Shown one piece after another: positions 46,006-56,386 of a stretch of 64,000 nt of DNA. The translations under genes were made by a program, and so were the position numbers. Numbering within the stretch: position 1 is the first letter of the stretch; each line of letters begins with the position of its first letter. Source of the DNA: a virus (taxonomy: Duplodnaviria; Caudoviricetes); IMG/VR virus record IMGVR_UViG_2931369376_000001, positions 16,994-80,993 of that record. One strand, 5' to 3'. Below the pieces are notes generated by a model. It did no database searches and was not told where the DNA came from. It saw only the letters and a program-made list of their open reading frames with translations.

Positions 46006-47670
46006 TTATGCCCCCTTGGTTTGACGCACAATGGTCTGTTGAGCTTTGGTGATTCGGTTGGTGCCCTGGTAGCACACGTCGTAGAGCACGGACATGACGT
46101 CATAGGGCGCGGATTCGTCCGGCTGCACCAGGCTTTGCCAGGCAGCACCGTTCAACTCGGCGGTACCGTTGAACCAGCCAGCCGACTCGCAAGCTGGGAG
46201 CAGGCTCTTGCCCAAGAAGCGAGTCATCATCGTGACCGCCTCGTTCATGGGTTTTTGCAAGGTTTCCTGGGCATAAGCCGCTACCTTGTCGTCCAGGAAG
46301 GTCGCCATTTCAGCCACCGCAATCAATTTGGTGGCCCCGGTGGTTTGTTTGCCGGTCAGCGAATCGACCCAGGCGTACTTCCCGCCGCTGGTTGGATAGT
46401 CCCTGTAGATGCAGGGGTTGATCTGGTTTTCGGCCAGCAACTCCAGGTCATCGACTTCGTTCACTTCATAGGTCTGCGTGATGTTGGTGCCCTTGAGCCC
46501 GTAATCACTGCCCGCAATTACACGGTTGCGCGGCGCAATACCCTTGGCGTTCACCTGGGCGTTACGCGCGCAGCGCAGGCCAATTTGCTGGCCAGAGGTG
46601 CCAAAGTGCGCCTTGCCGCCGGCGATTGGATTGTCGCGCTTGAGCGGCGCCCAATATGCATGAGCATATTCGGTTTTGACGCTCGCCCCGATCGATTGAA
46701 CGAACGCAGCAGCTGCCTCCGGAGACAGTCGTCCGGGAATGTCGTATGGGAACTGCTTATTCAGTTCCCGGCCCAGGTCAGCCATCAGCGACAAAAGCGC
46801 AACGTTCTCGGTACCGCCGGCGTTCAAGTACGTAAAGTTCGGCTTGGCGCGGCGCAGGCGATCAGCAGCCGCAGCCATTTCCGCAGAGGTGTACACCATG
46901 CGGCCTTCGGTAAAGTAATCCAGCCGAGACGAAACAAACTTGTCCTGGTTATTGGCCTTACCGTAGAAACCGCACGTTACTGGCACTTCAGCATTTTCCG
47001 CGACCTCGATCACGTCCAGCTCATCCGTGCCTTGGTCGATGACATCAGCGATGTAGCTGCTGTTGCCAAACTCATCGGTCGCCGTCGGGTCCAAAGAGCC
47101 GGTGAAGGGTCCAATGATGGTTTTGCCGCTCGCCGGGTCAGTGAACTGCACGGTGATGATTTTCGACGGCACAGCCACGCCCTGATCGTCCTCAGCCGCT
47201 TGCGCGTTGATTTCACAGGTCAGGCCATCGTTGAAGCACTCAAGGTGCTTGAACGCGATCAGAGCGCCCGCTGGCAACCCTGCACTTTCGAGGCCGGTAC
47301 TCCAGACCGCCGGCGCAGCACCACCACCCTGAGGCGGAACAGTGGCGGTGGCGATCAGCAGCTTGTTCACCGCGTCGGTGGCGATCAGCCTGGAAACGAT
47401 GGCTTGTTGCATGCCATCGCGCAGCGCTTCGAAAATCTGAATCTGCGCTTCGCCCAAGGCGGAGACGGTCAGGCTTACCGCCTTCCCCAGTTTTCGCTCA
47501 AGCCGCTCACGGGAAACGGCAAACACTTTATCGGTGCGGCCACGGGTGAAACGGCCAATGAAACCGCCGTTGTAGTCAGATGCGACAGAACCAATCTCGG
47601 ATTTATCCGCGATGTAGTTCTGCTGTACGCCAGAGCGCTTATTGATGGCGCGGGACATGTTTACAGTCAT
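46006..47670 (-). CDS. Tail sheath protein (P1 gp22-like)
   Basis: 554 aa with GRFTRGR, LAENQINP and DSLTG motifs. Confidence 0.8.
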   Translation of the reverse strand: MTVNMSRAINKRSGVQQNYIADKSEIGSVASDYNGGFIGRFTRGRTDKVFAVSRERLERKLGKAVSLTVSALGEAQIQIFEALRDGMQQAIVSRLIATDAVNKLLIATATVPPQGGGAAPAVWSTGLESAGLPAGALIAFKHLECFNDGLTCEINAQAAEDDQGVAVPSKIITVQFTDPASGKTIIGPFTGSLDPTATDEFGNSSYIADVIDQGTDELDVIEVAENAEVPVTCGFYGKANNQDKFVSSRLDYFTEGRMVYTSAEMAAAADRLRRAKPNFTYLNAGGTENVALLSLMADLGRELNKQFPYDIPGRLSPEAAAAFVQSIGASVKTEYAHAYWAPLKRDNPIAGGKAHFGTSGQQIGLRCARNAQVNAKGIAPRNRVIAGSDYGLKGTNITQTYEVNEVDDLELLAENQINPCIYRDYPTSGGKYAWVDSLTGKQTTGATKLIAVAEMATFLDDKVAAYAQETLQKPMNEAVTMMTRFLGKSLLPACESAGWFNGTAELNGAAWQSLVQPDESAPYDVMSVLYDVCYQGTNRITKAQQTIVRQTKGA

Positions 47671-47684
47671 GTTGTGCAGCCCCT

Positions 47685-48038
47685 TTATGCTGTCTCAGCG
47701 TCGGCGGCCTTGTCGGCGCCTTTGCTGGTGGTTTTTTTGGGGGCAGCGACTTCGATGGTTACGAAATCATCCTTGTCGCTGTTGTAGCGCGCAGCCAATG
47801 CCGCGCTGTCGGTCACCAGCACCCACGCCTGTTCGAAGTTCTTAACCTTGAACTCCACTTTTTCGCCTGGCTGAATTACTGCGCTCAGCCCAGTCGACGG
47901 CACCAACAGCGGCTTGACCGCCTGATGGGCAATGGTTGCCATGAACGGGAACGACTGCCCGGCGCAGATGGCGTCAGCCAACTTGCCAGGGTCATCCCCT
48001 GCCCCCCGCTTAATCTCGATCTTCACCATGCTCGCCAT
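47685..48038 (-). CDS. Hypothetical virion protein
   Basis: Lies in the capsid operon. Confidence 0.55.
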   Translation of the reverse strand: MASMVKIEIKRGAGDDPGKLADAICAGQSFPFMATIAHQAVKPLLVPSTGLSAVIQPGEKVEFKVKNFEQAWVLVTDSAALAARYNSDKDDFVTIEVAAPKKTTSKGADKAADAETA

Positions 48039-48648
48039 GTGTCACCCGTAAGCCCTTGTCTGAATCCCAGCGCTCTCGCCGCGCGCGGCCAGCGAATTCG
48101 CGTTTGATTGCCTCGTACTGCTTGGCCGTCGGGCACTGCACTGTCTTCGTGCTGAACTGCAAAAGCCTGGTGTTCAACGGGCGCACCACAAGGATGTTCC
48201 GGGTGTTGTTCACAAGGGTCAGTTCGGCAGGAAATTCGGCAATGTCCGGCAAACCCCACGACGGAAACTGTACGGCCTCATCGCCCTCGCTCTCGTCGGT
48301 GGTTTGCTCCCCTTCGGCGTCGTCAGGCTCTTCGCTTTCCAGTGCTGGCTTGGGCTTCCAGTCCGCTGGAAAACGCCCCATCCCTGGGAAAAACTCGCGC
48401 CGGACGAACACCGGGGCCGCCTGGTCAGCTCCAGCGCCCGGCTGAGCATTGTCAGCAGGTGCAGCGGGTGCGTTCGTGGCGGTGGACGTGTCACCAGCTA
48501 CGGCCTGTTCGACAAGCGAAGAAACGGGCGCCTTGGCGCCCGTCTCCTGGTTGTCGAGGGCTGCACTGGCTGGAGCAGTAGCTGCCTTGCGTGGCGCCCG
48601 GGCGGCTTTGCCCGGGGCTGCGCTGGCCGGTTTACTTGGCTTAGCCAT
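48010..48648 (-). CDS. Hypothetical virion protein, low-complexity N-terminus
   Basis: Lies in the capsid operon. Confidence 0.55.
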   Translation of the reverse strand: MAKPSKPASAAPGKAARAPRKAATAPASAALDNQETGAKAPVSSLVEQAVAGDTSTATNAPAAPADNAQPGAGADQAAPVFVRREFFPGMGRFPADWKPKPALESEEPDDAEGEQTTDESEGDEAVQFPSWGLPDIAEFPAELTLVNNTRNILVVRPLNTRLLQFSTKTVQCPTAKQYEAIKREFAGRARRERWDSDKGLRVTHGEHGEDRD

Positions 48649-48660
48649 GAAGCCCCCTTA

Positions 48661-50346
48661 TCAGTCCGCCAGCAGGTCGACGTTCTTGACGGTGATGAGC
48701 GCGCAACCCATCGCGGACAACTCGTGCGGGTTGATCTCGGTCAGGTTGCGGCCATACAGCGCTGCACCGGACTTCAGGTCGCTCAAGATACCCAGCGGGA
48801 TCAGCGTCGGCGCCAGGGCGTCCGAGAAGACAATCGGGTTGCGGGCGACCTGCGAGGCACGACCGACGGCCAGCATTTCCAGGTCGGTGTCGGTTTCGTT
48901 GACGTGAACCGGGGTGTAGTAGACGTCGTACTGGTTTTTGTAGCGGCCTACGCGGTACACACCAGGACGCGCCTGGACGCCCGAAGGGGTGAAGTCATCC
49001 GCGCCCATCGTGCGGAAGTTGGAAGCCCCTTTGGCACCCACAAACAGGTACGAAATGCCGTACTCCATGGTGTTGTTGGCCACTTCCTGGTCCACTTCAC
49101 CCATGAAGGCGGCGAAGTCGCGCCAGCGTTGCGCACGGGACTTTTGCAGCAGCTGGTTGGCCGCGTCGAAGTCGAACATCTTGCCGGTGATGGCCGCGAC
49201 TTCCCGCAGTTTTTCCAGAGCCAGGTAGTAGCGCTCGTTCGCCAGTTGCCGGCGGGCCGAGTTCACCGATACGGTCAGGAAATCGGCACCCAATTCGTTT
49301 TGAGCTTGGCTACGGGCGCCCGGCGTGGTCTGCATCAGCACGCGGTATTCAGCACAGTAGAGGCTGAAGCTTTCGGCCTTGGTTTTGATCGAAGGCGTCA
49401 GGTCCGGCTTTGCCTCATAGTCGATGAAACCCACGACTTTAGGCACAACGTCAGCCGGGAGCGCAGGGTTGAACGCCAGGGTACCGGTACCGGCGGCGAA
49501 GGCAACGCTACCGGAAATGCTGTACGTAGCACCGGCAACTTTCACCTGGCCGGCAATCTGGCGCTCTGCGGTGGCTGCGTTCGGGTTGATCTCGATCGCA
49601 ACCTTCAGGCCGTTGACCTTGACGTAAGTGCGCGTAGGCAGCAACGGAACAGCCGCGCCAGCGGCAGCCAGGTCCGTCTTGAACGCAAACGTTGCCGAGG
49701 CACGGTCACCGGCCATCTGCGCCACAACGATGCGCTCAGGGCTGATGTAGTGCTGACCACTGTTCACGCCGTCCAGGATGTCGCCATCCTTGTACGCGCC
49801 GAAGTTCGAACCGGCAGTGCTGTTGACGATCGCCAGTTTCGATTCGTTCGAAGAGAGGTCGGATGGCAGATAGGCGCCGATCGGCAGGGATTCAGCCAGG
49901 CCACCGCAGATGGCCACCGCGATACGGTTCGGCTGGTGCGACAGCGGGCTCGATTGCAGCGAGCTGCTGACGCTATCCAGGGTTGCGCCGTTGGGCAGGA
50001 CGCCAGCCGAACCATCGGCAACCGAAAGACCCTGCGCCAGCGCCGAGTCAATCATGTCCGCCGAAGGCGTGAAGCCGTGCTCATACTCGAAACGACGGAT
50101 ACCGTCGAGCAGGGAAGCCAGGACTTGCGGACGGTGTTTTTCTTCAACTGCCGCCATCAGAGGCGCCATACGGGCTGGCAGCAGGTCGTCAGGGTTTTTC
50201 AAGGCCTCGCCGATCGCGCTCACCGCGGTGGAAGAGGTGCTGTCGAGCATGTTGCCAGTGCCGCGGCTCAGGCGAACCAGCTCGCCGACCTTCTGCTCAT
50301 CTGCCGCCAGGGTGGTATCGGGCGCGTAAACGTTGTTCTTGCTCAT
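48661..50346 (-). CDS. Major capsid protein (P1 gp23-like)
   Basis: 561 aa with an N-terminal pro-region and QAQNELG.D..RQLANERY. First gene after a late-promoter motif. Confidence 0.8.
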   Translation of the reverse strand: MSKNNVYAPDTTLAADEQKVGELVRLSRGTGNMLDSTSSTAVSAIGEALKNPDDLLPARMAPLMAAVEEKHRPQVLASLLDGIRRFEYEHGFTPSADMIDSALAQGLSVADGSAGVLPNGATLDSVSSSLQSSPLSHQPNRIAVAICGGLAESLPIGAYLPSDLSSNESKLAIVNSTAGSNFGAYKDGDILDGVNSGQHYISPERIVVAQMAGDRASATFAFKTDLAAAGAAVPLLPTRTYVKVNGLKVAIEINPNAATAERQIAGQVKVAGATYSISGSVAFAAGTGTLAFNPALPADVVPKVVGFIDYEAKPDLTPSIKTKAESFSLYCAEYRVLMQTTPGARSQAQNELGADFLTVSVNSARRQLANERYYLALEKLREVAAITGKMFDFDAANQLLQKSRAQRWRDFAAFMGEVDQEVANNTMEYGISYLFVGAKGASNFRTMGADDFTPSGVQARPGVYRVGRYKNQYDVYYTPVHVNETDTDLEMLAVGRASQVARNPIVFSDALAPTLIPLGILSDLKSGAALYGRNLTEINPHELSAMGCALITVKNVDLLAD

Positions 50347-50410
50347 GTCTTACCTCGTTGCCAGTTTTGGGCTGCGCCCGATCTGTGTCAGCAACAATGG
50401 TAAGGTCGCT

Positions 50411-50437
50411 AAAAACCCCCTTTTCGAGGGGGTTTGC
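50411..50437 (-). terminator. Terminator overlapping the capsid late-promoter motif
   Basis: CCCCC/GGGGG stem followed by U5, preceded by AAACCATGCAAA. Confidence 0.7.
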
Positions 50438-50460
50438 ATGGTTTCTCGGACCTTGGCCGC

Positions 50461-53400
50461 CTACTTGTGCAGCACGATCAGCCGAGCATTTGCCGAGGTT
50501 TGCGCCAGCAGCGCGTTGTCCTGGAACGTCCCGCCGTCCAGCTTCTCAACGACGGCGCCGTGCGCGTCGAGCCAGGCCCGGAACTGTTCGGCTTTCTGGT
50601 CACTGCCAAAGAACACGCCCTCCCCCGCGATCGCCACCAATGTCCCGCCGCTGGCCAGCATCCCGTAGGCCCGCATGATGTGCTCTGCATCCTGACGTTT
50701 GGAGAATGGCGGGTTCATCAAAATCGCCCGGTAGGGCTCGTCCGGTGTGAAGGTCATGAAGTCGTGATCAACGGCTTTGTAGCCCTTGGCCGTGAGAATG
50801 TCGCGCAGTTGGCTGCTGATCTCTACCACGTCCACCTCCGCGCCTTCAGCCGCCGCCGCGTCGGCAAGGTTGCCATTGCCGGCGCTTGGCTCCAGGACCC
50901 GCATCCCTTTGCTGATTCGCGCCAACCGCGCCATGCGGTGAGCAACAGCCGCAGGCGTCGGAAAGAAGTCGATCCCGACCTTCTGGCCGATAATGGCGCG
51001 CTCAGCTTTTACCACCGCGCTTTCTTCTTGCTTCTCGGCCAAGTGCGGCAGTAACGCCCTGCAAGCGTCCTGCAACTGGGCGTCGTTGGTGATGCCCATA
51101 CGGTTCAGGCGTTCAATTCGTGCCAACATTTCGATGGGGTCTTTCAAATCCCACTGTTCTTTGACGGTACCCAGCACCTTGTAGGCCTTGCGGGTGATAG
51201 CAATGTCCCCGTCGTTCACCAATGACCAGCGCTCAGTCCGCTCCCCCAGCTTGCTAACAGCAGCAATCAGCCTGAAGTTGCCCTGGGCTGCTGTCCTGGC
51301 CAGCGTCTTCGCCGCGGTTTTGTACCGACTCGACCAGACCAGACGCGGCGGCATGGTGACGTGTTGGAGTACTTCGGCCTCAAATGGGCGCCCGCGTCGT
51401 TCCTGCTGCTCGGTGTAGGTCAAGCCACGCTCAGATTCGAACTTGGCCTGTACCAGCACTTTTTTGAGTTCCTGAAGTTGGGCCCGGCTGTTGAGGTTGG
51501 CCAGAGGCCCCGCGGCGCCGACTTCGATTGCATCGGCAATGCTGTTCAACGTTTTTCCGTCCGCCTCATCAGCTGCCGCCCGGGCATAGGCACTTGCCGC
51601 CATCCCCGCCCGACGCGATGTGTTGGTATTACGCTCGGCGTTCATGCCCTCCTGACCACTGGCGATCGCTTTGCTACCAGCCGCCCGCAGTTTTTCCACC
51701 TGGTTGGAAATGGCTTGCTGCTGACGCTCCAGGGCCACCCTGCGATCGCGGTCTTGCTTTTCGGCTTCCTGCTCAGGTGTAAGCACGACAGGCACGGGGG
51801 CCGCCTGGATGGCGCTGGTGTCGCCTGCCAGATGCTTCTCTCGGATGAAGTATCCACCGTTCATCCGCCAGGTGTACGGGTCAATGGCCTTGGCTTCGGC
51901 CAATGTCAGGTCGGTGCGGATGATCCCGCGCAAAACCTTATCCCGCTTGGTGGTGTACTCGATGATTTGGTGGGGGCCAACACCTGGTGCCGGCACTGGA
52001 CTGGAGTCTGGCGCCTGGGTCTGCTCAAGCGTGGCCGGTGGCGCTGCCTCTTCTGGCTCAGGGGCCCGCTGTTCAGTGGGCAGCGCCAACAACTCAGCAA
52101 TACGCTTTCCAGCACCACTACGGGCGCCGAACAGCGCAGCCATACCGCCAAGCTCGGCCACCTGACCCTCCATCAGCTTCAGGCCTGCCAAGGTTCCCGC
52201 CGGGTCGGCCTGGTAGGCCTGCTCAATCAGCTTGAGAGCCTTGGGTGATGCCCATTTTTTGGACTCGCGGGCCAACGTCGGTTGTTTGTTGCGGGTGTAT
52301 TCCGCAAGCATCCCGGTGTACTCCGCAACCCGGACCAGGTTCGCATTCACCGCCTGGGTCTTCTTCACCTCAGCCGGGCGCATGGCGTACAGGGTTGTTG
52401 CAATGCTGGCGCGGAACGTCTGAAGGCTCTTGTAGGCCTCCAGGCTGCGATCAGACTGGCGCTGTGAGGCGCTTGCCGCCTTGGCCATGTTGCGCCCGCT
52501 GCGCCCCGTCACAAACCACGAGGGATTGTTTGCGCCGGCGACCAGATCCCTGCGCATGTCTTCGGCGCTACGCCTGGCGTAGACCTCAACCAGCGCGGCA
52601 GCTTCAGCCTTCTGCTCAGCGGTATCCAGCGTGTGCTTCCTGCTCGCCAGGTCGCCCAGCAGGAGGCTGACATCGCTGGCCAGCTCTGCGTTGACATCGC
52701 GGCCCTTCCCCATGTGGGTGGCGCGGTTGTAATCGGCTTCGATTTCCTTGCTGATCAGCGGCACTTGTACCGAAACACCCGCTACCTCAACGGTTTGCGT
52801 AGCGGCTCTGGCTGGCGCGGCAGTTTCACGTTCATCCGCGCCAACACTGGACACTTTGTCACCGACGGAAACCACCTTCAGGATGGTGATATTGAGATCG
52901 TCGTCTGCTAAAGTGGACTCAACGGCGCCCGACTCACTGTCGAGCATCCCGTTGGCGGCGTTACCGGAGCGGGGCCCTTCCCCTGCATAATCCGGTGCGC
53001 CGTTTTCTTTTGCCTGCCAGGAATCCCGTCCTTCGTGGGACACGCTGTAGAAGAGATTCCCCTGGCCATCCTCGGCAACCGTCACGCCCGCCGTCACCAG
53101 CAGATCGTCGACCGTCACCTGTTTCTGAATGAAATAGAACGCCACCAGGCCATCCGTGCGGACCTTGTGCGGCGCCTGGCGACCGCCTGCGGTACCCGTC
53201 TCCAGAATTTCGCGGACATGCTCGATCAGCCTGGCCTTGAGTGGATCGGACTTCATGCCGTGTTTCGACTTCTTCCAGCCGGTACTGTTTACCCGTACAG
53301 GGCCAATTACCGAGGTGATCAGCTGCCCCTTGAGGTTTTCTTGATAGAACTGGCGCGCCTTCTCAAACGCTGCCTGGCCTACATCTGCCTCTGGCTTTGT

Positions 53401-53568
53401 GGGCTGGCCCAACATGGCGCGAATGGCCAGCCCACGGGTACTGGCGCGAACCTTATCGATCGGTGCCAGCGTGTCACCGGCCAACTTGGCCCGGATCGTC
53501 AAAAGCTCAGCACTCAGGCGCGCCCGCTCAATCGGCGAAATGACGCCTGGTTGGTTCAAATCAGTCAT
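50461..53568 (-). CDS. Polyvalent virion protein: LPD3-like domain plus C-terminal adenine methyltransferase (DarB-related)
   Basis: FFPTP, VLEPSAGNGNL and MNPPF motifs; LPD3-like GPVRVNSTGWKK..K..LIEHV.EIL..G. Start coupled to the stop at 53561. Confidence 0.8.
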   Translation of the reverse strand: MTDLNQPGVISPIERARLSAELLTIRAKLAGDTLAPIDKVRASTRGLAIRAMLGQPTKPEADVGQAAFEKARQFYQENLKGQLITSVIGPVRVNSTGWKKSKHGMKSDPLKARLIEHVREILETGTAGGRQAPHKVRTDGLVAFYFIQKQVTVDDLLVTAGVTVAEDGQGNLFYSVSHEGRDSWQAKENGAPDYAGEGPRSGNAANGMLDSESGAVESTLADDDLNITILKVVSVGDKVSSVGADERETAAPARAATQTVEVAGVSVQVPLISKEIEADYNRATHMGKGRDVNAELASDVSLLLGDLASRKHTLDTAEQKAEAAALVEVYARRSAEDMRRDLVAGANNPSWFVTGRSGRNMAKAASASQRQSDRSLEAYKSLQTFRASIATTLYAMRPAEVKKTQAVNANLVRVAEYTGMLAEYTRNKQPTLARESKKWASPKALKLIEQAYQADPAGTLAGLKLMEGQVAELGGMAALFGARSGAGKRIAELLALPTEQRAPEPEEAAPPATLEQTQAPDSSPVPAPGVGPHQIIEYTTKRDKVLRGIIRTDLTLAEAKAIDPYTWRMNGGYFIREKHLAGDTSAIQAAPVPVVLTPEQEAEKQDRDRRVALERQQQAISNQVEKLRAAGSKAIASGQEGMNAERNTNTSRRAGMAASAYARAAADEADGKTLNSIADAIEVGAAGPLANLNSRAQLQELKKVLVQAKFESERGLTYTEQQERRGRPFEAEVLQHVTMPPRLVWSSRYKTAAKTLARTAAQGNFRLIAAVSKLGERTERWSLVNDGDIAITRKAYKVLGTVKEQWDLKDPIEMLARIERLNRMGITNDAQLQDACRALLPHLAEKQEESAVVKAERAIIGQKVGIDFFPTPAAVAHRMARLARISKGMRVLEPSAGNGNLADAAAAEGAEVDVVEISSQLRDILTAKGYKAVDHDFMTFTPDEPYRAILMNPPFSKRQDAEHIMRAYGMLASGGTLVAIAGEGVFFGSDQKAEQFRAWLDAHGAVVEKLDGGTFQDNALLAQTSANARLIVLHK

Positions 53569-55885
53569 CAAAGCCCCCAAAAATCGAATCCAGCAGTGCG
53601 GTGTTGGCCAGCGCCTTCTCGAAGGTCTTACCGTCACGCAACGTCTTGAATAGCTCGTCGAACGCAGCGCCAATGCGCAGGCGCTCTTCTCCCTCCGGGT
53701 ATGGCTTGAACGGCATGCCCTGTTCGGGGAAGTAGTGGTGTTTGTTGTCAGCCAGGCAGCTCAGGTAATCGTTCTGGCGATCCATAGCCGCCAGCTTGTC
53801 CTCCAGGTACGACTGGAACGCCCGAGCGGCCAACTCAGGGGTGGAGGACCAGTATTTGCCCTCCTTGAAGTTGTCCAGCGCCGAAGCTTCGGCCATGTAG
53901 CGTGAAACACCCTTGCCCGTGCTCAGCCGAACTTCAGTCGTTCCCTCAGGCGAAAAGTACGCCGCGGCCAGGGTTCGCCAGTTCTTTTTGTACTTGAGCG
54001 ATCGGCTGTCGTTGCGCTTGCCAAAATAGGCGTCCACCGCCAGCACCGCGGCTTCAGCGCTGCCCGCCGCTTTGACGCGCCGGGCAATCTCGTGACTGGG
54101 ATTGTCGAAGTTCAGCCGTGCATTACCGAAGGAGCGCGGCGTGAACTTGATTGTTTCGGGCAGCCGCTGGTCCCCCTCGGTCAGCGCCTGCTTGAGCCCA
54201 ATAAACGCATTCCGGATTGGCCCCTCGGGTACCAGCTCCGGTTTTTCCACGCCAAACTCATCAGCCGCGCCAGCCTCGCCGCGCAGCAGGCCCGGCAGGA
54301 TGTTGTCCATTGCGTGAAAGTGCTCGTGCCCCAGGCCACCGCCACCGTTCATCTTGGTGATGTTGATCGCGCGTAGCACAGGCTCGTACTGGGCGGTCGC
54401 TGCTCCCTTCCCGCCCTTGCCCCGGGCGCCGAATGCCAGGCCGAGACGCCCGCCAAAGCCGAGGTTCTCTTCGCTGATACCCAGGACGTCGGCCATATCC
54501 ATCATGGCGCCGGCGGACTGCTCTACGTGCCACTTGGAGCTGTCGCGGTCATCCAGTACCCAGTTGCCGGACTGCACGGCCCGGAAACCGCACAACTGCT
54601 GTAGGGATCGGGTGGAATTGACCGCGACCGGGCGACCGCCCTTGCGGTCGAAACGGTCCACTACCTTCAGCGCGAACGTCTGGCGCTTCTTGGTCGGGAC
54701 CTTGGGCGCGCCCTGGATTACATCGCCCCCCTTCTTCTCGGCCCAATCCCATTCCTTCGGATCTCCGGATAAGGCATTGGACACATGCCTGGCGAACGTT
54801 TCGGAGCCCGAGCGGCTACGGAACATCAGCGCCTTGACGAACTTGTCCCCCATCGACATCCACGCGCGATTTACTGGCGAGTTCAGGTTGCGCGCCTTGG
54901 CGACGCCCATGATTTCTGCCCGCTCCTGGTACAGCGCTGTGCGTGCCGCGGTCAGCTGCTCGATGGCCGGCTTGTTCTTCTCCAGGAGGCTTGTCCAGGC
55001 CTTCATGGCTTCCCGGTAGGCCTTGTCAGCTTCACGCACCGCCTGCTCATGTTGTGGCTCGACTTTCCAGCCACGACTGACACGGTTGTCGAGGTCGCGC
55101 TGCGCCTTATTGTGGAGAGCGCTGGCCTCATACATGGCGTTTTGGAGGCCGTTTTGCTCTGCCTCGATGTTGCGGACCTGTTCCGTCAGGCCACGGGCAC
55201 GGTCGGTGATGCTCTCGTACCGGTCTGCCTCATCAGCGTCGAGCTGGGAGCCCAGCAGCTCGTCGCGAATCTCGTCCAGTGTCGCTACCACCTCTTTGGA
55301 GGTCAGGCACTGCTCCAGGCGCGTGCGTAGCGTCTCCAGGCCCAACACATAGGCCCGGCGGGCCGTAGGGCTGTCCTCGGTGGGCTCTTTGGCGATAGAG
55401 GCGTACACACGGTCCATCAGGAACGCCGCGGCAGGTTCTGTCCCGCCCTGCTTCATCGCCTCCCAATCGACAACTCCGAACAAGTTCGACTTGACCACCA
55501 GCGCCCGCGCTTCTCGTGGCGTTTCCTCAATGGCGTCGAAGTCGATATCGGTACCGCGCAGCATGCGGCCCTCGGCCCGGGCTTTGCGGATGGCGCCCGC
55601 GGCTTCTTCCTTGCGGCTACCAGGGATGTAGCCGACATCGGCATAGCGGTAGTTGGGGCTGTTGGGATCGTCGCTCAGACCGTCGTCTACGGCCTGCTCA
55701 GCGGCGGTAACTGCATCCACTTGTGGGGCAGGTAGTACCTGGCCGGTCAGCCGCCGGCGGATATCCAGGGCTTCAGCACTGGCGCGAACCTTTTCCAATG
55801 CTTTGAGGGCTCCACTGATCAGCAACTGGCGCAGGGCCAACAGTCGTGAACTCAGGCGGGCTTTCTCGATGGGGGAAATTTGCAT
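53561..55885 (-). CDS. Polyvalent virion protein with LPD1-like domain
   Basis: GFRAVQSGNWV..LGLAFGARG..A.YEP..INIT..NG.G.LGHE.FHAMD (HExxH) and YWSS.PELAARAF. Confidence 0.75.
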   Translation of the reverse strand: MQISPIEKARLSSRLLALRQLLISGALKALEKVRASAEALDIRRRLTGQVLPAPQVDAVTAAEQAVDDGLSDDPNSPNYRYADVGYIPGSRKEEAAGAIRKARAEGRMLRGTDIDFDAIEETPREARALVVKSNLFGVVDWEAMKQGGTEPAAAFLMDRVYASIAKEPTEDSPTARRAYVLGLETLRTRLEQCLTSKEVVATLDEIRDELLGSQLDADEADRYESITDRARGLTEQVRNIEAEQNGLQNAMYEASALHNKAQRDLDNRVSRGWKVEPQHEQAVREADKAYREAMKAWTSLLEKNKPAIEQLTAARTALYQERAEIMGVAKARNLNSPVNRAWMSMGDKFVKALMFRSRSGSETFARHVSNALSGDPKEWDWAEKKGGDVIQGAPKVPTKKRQTFALKVVDRFDRKGGRPVAVNSTRSLQQLCGFRAVQSGNWVLDDRDSSKWHVEQSAGAMMDMADVLGISEENLGFGGRLGLAFGARGKGGKGAATAQYEPVLRAINITKMNGGGGLGHEHFHAMDNILPGLLRGEAGAADEFGVEKPELVPEGPIRNAFIGLKQALTEGDQRLPETIKFTPRSFGNARLNFDNPSHEIARRVKAAGSAEAAVLAVDAYFGKRNDSRSLKYKKNWRTLAAAYFSPEGTTEVRLSTGKGVSRYMAEASALDNFKEGKYWSSTPELAARAFQSYLEDKLAAMDRQNDYLSCLADNKHHYFPEQGMPFKPYPEGEERLRIGAAFDELFKTLRDGKTFEKALANTALLDSIFGGFDD

Positions 55886-55978
55886 GGTGTACAGGCCTGA
55901 TCATTTGCAGGCCTGTATTTTGGGGCGCCGGTGAGTGGCGCCTCGGGGGACATTTGCGCAGTTAGATGGCGCTTTCGA

Positions 55979-56383
55979 TCATGCCTCGCCAGCCATGAAA
56001 TGCGGCACACCGTCGACATCCTTGATTACGCCGGCGGCGTACAGCACCAGGTCGATGCGGCGGGCAGCGGATCCCTGGACGAAAGCAGCAATGGCGCTCA
56101 TGTCAGCCCGCCCGCCTTCAGGCAGCACGGTTTTGTAGAATGACTCCCAAGCCCTGGCCAGCGCGCCTCGGACGTCGGAGTAAGAGGAAATGGCAAAGCG
56201 CCGGCTGAAGACGCCCCCTCCTATGTCGACGGTATGCAGGTGGGTGTAACCCGCCTGGCTACCGTCGTCATCCTTGCAGCGTACACAACCGCAGGGGCCG
56301 TCTGCATAGGCACTCATGAGGCAATCCGCGAAGGCCAGCACGGGCTTTAGAAACAGGCGCTTGTCGTCTTCGAACAGATCCAC
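55979..56383 (-). CDS. Hypothetical protein (CGCVRC)
   Basis: AAGGAG RBS, downstream of the par operon. Confidence 0.6.
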   Translation of the reverse strand: MDLFEDDKRLFLKPVLAFADCLMSAYADGPCGCVRCKDDDGSQAGYTHLHTVDIGGGVFSRRFAISSYSDVRGALARAWESFYKTVLPEGGRADMSAIAAFVQGSAARRIDLVLYAAGVIKDVDGVPHFMAGEA

Positions 56384-56386
56384 GGC

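Noticed and set aside
45562-50403. Long plus-strand ORFs (741 aa and 699 aa) and many similar antisense ORFs
   Set aside because: They are shadows of high-GC minus-strand genes, with no recognisable motifs or RBS.
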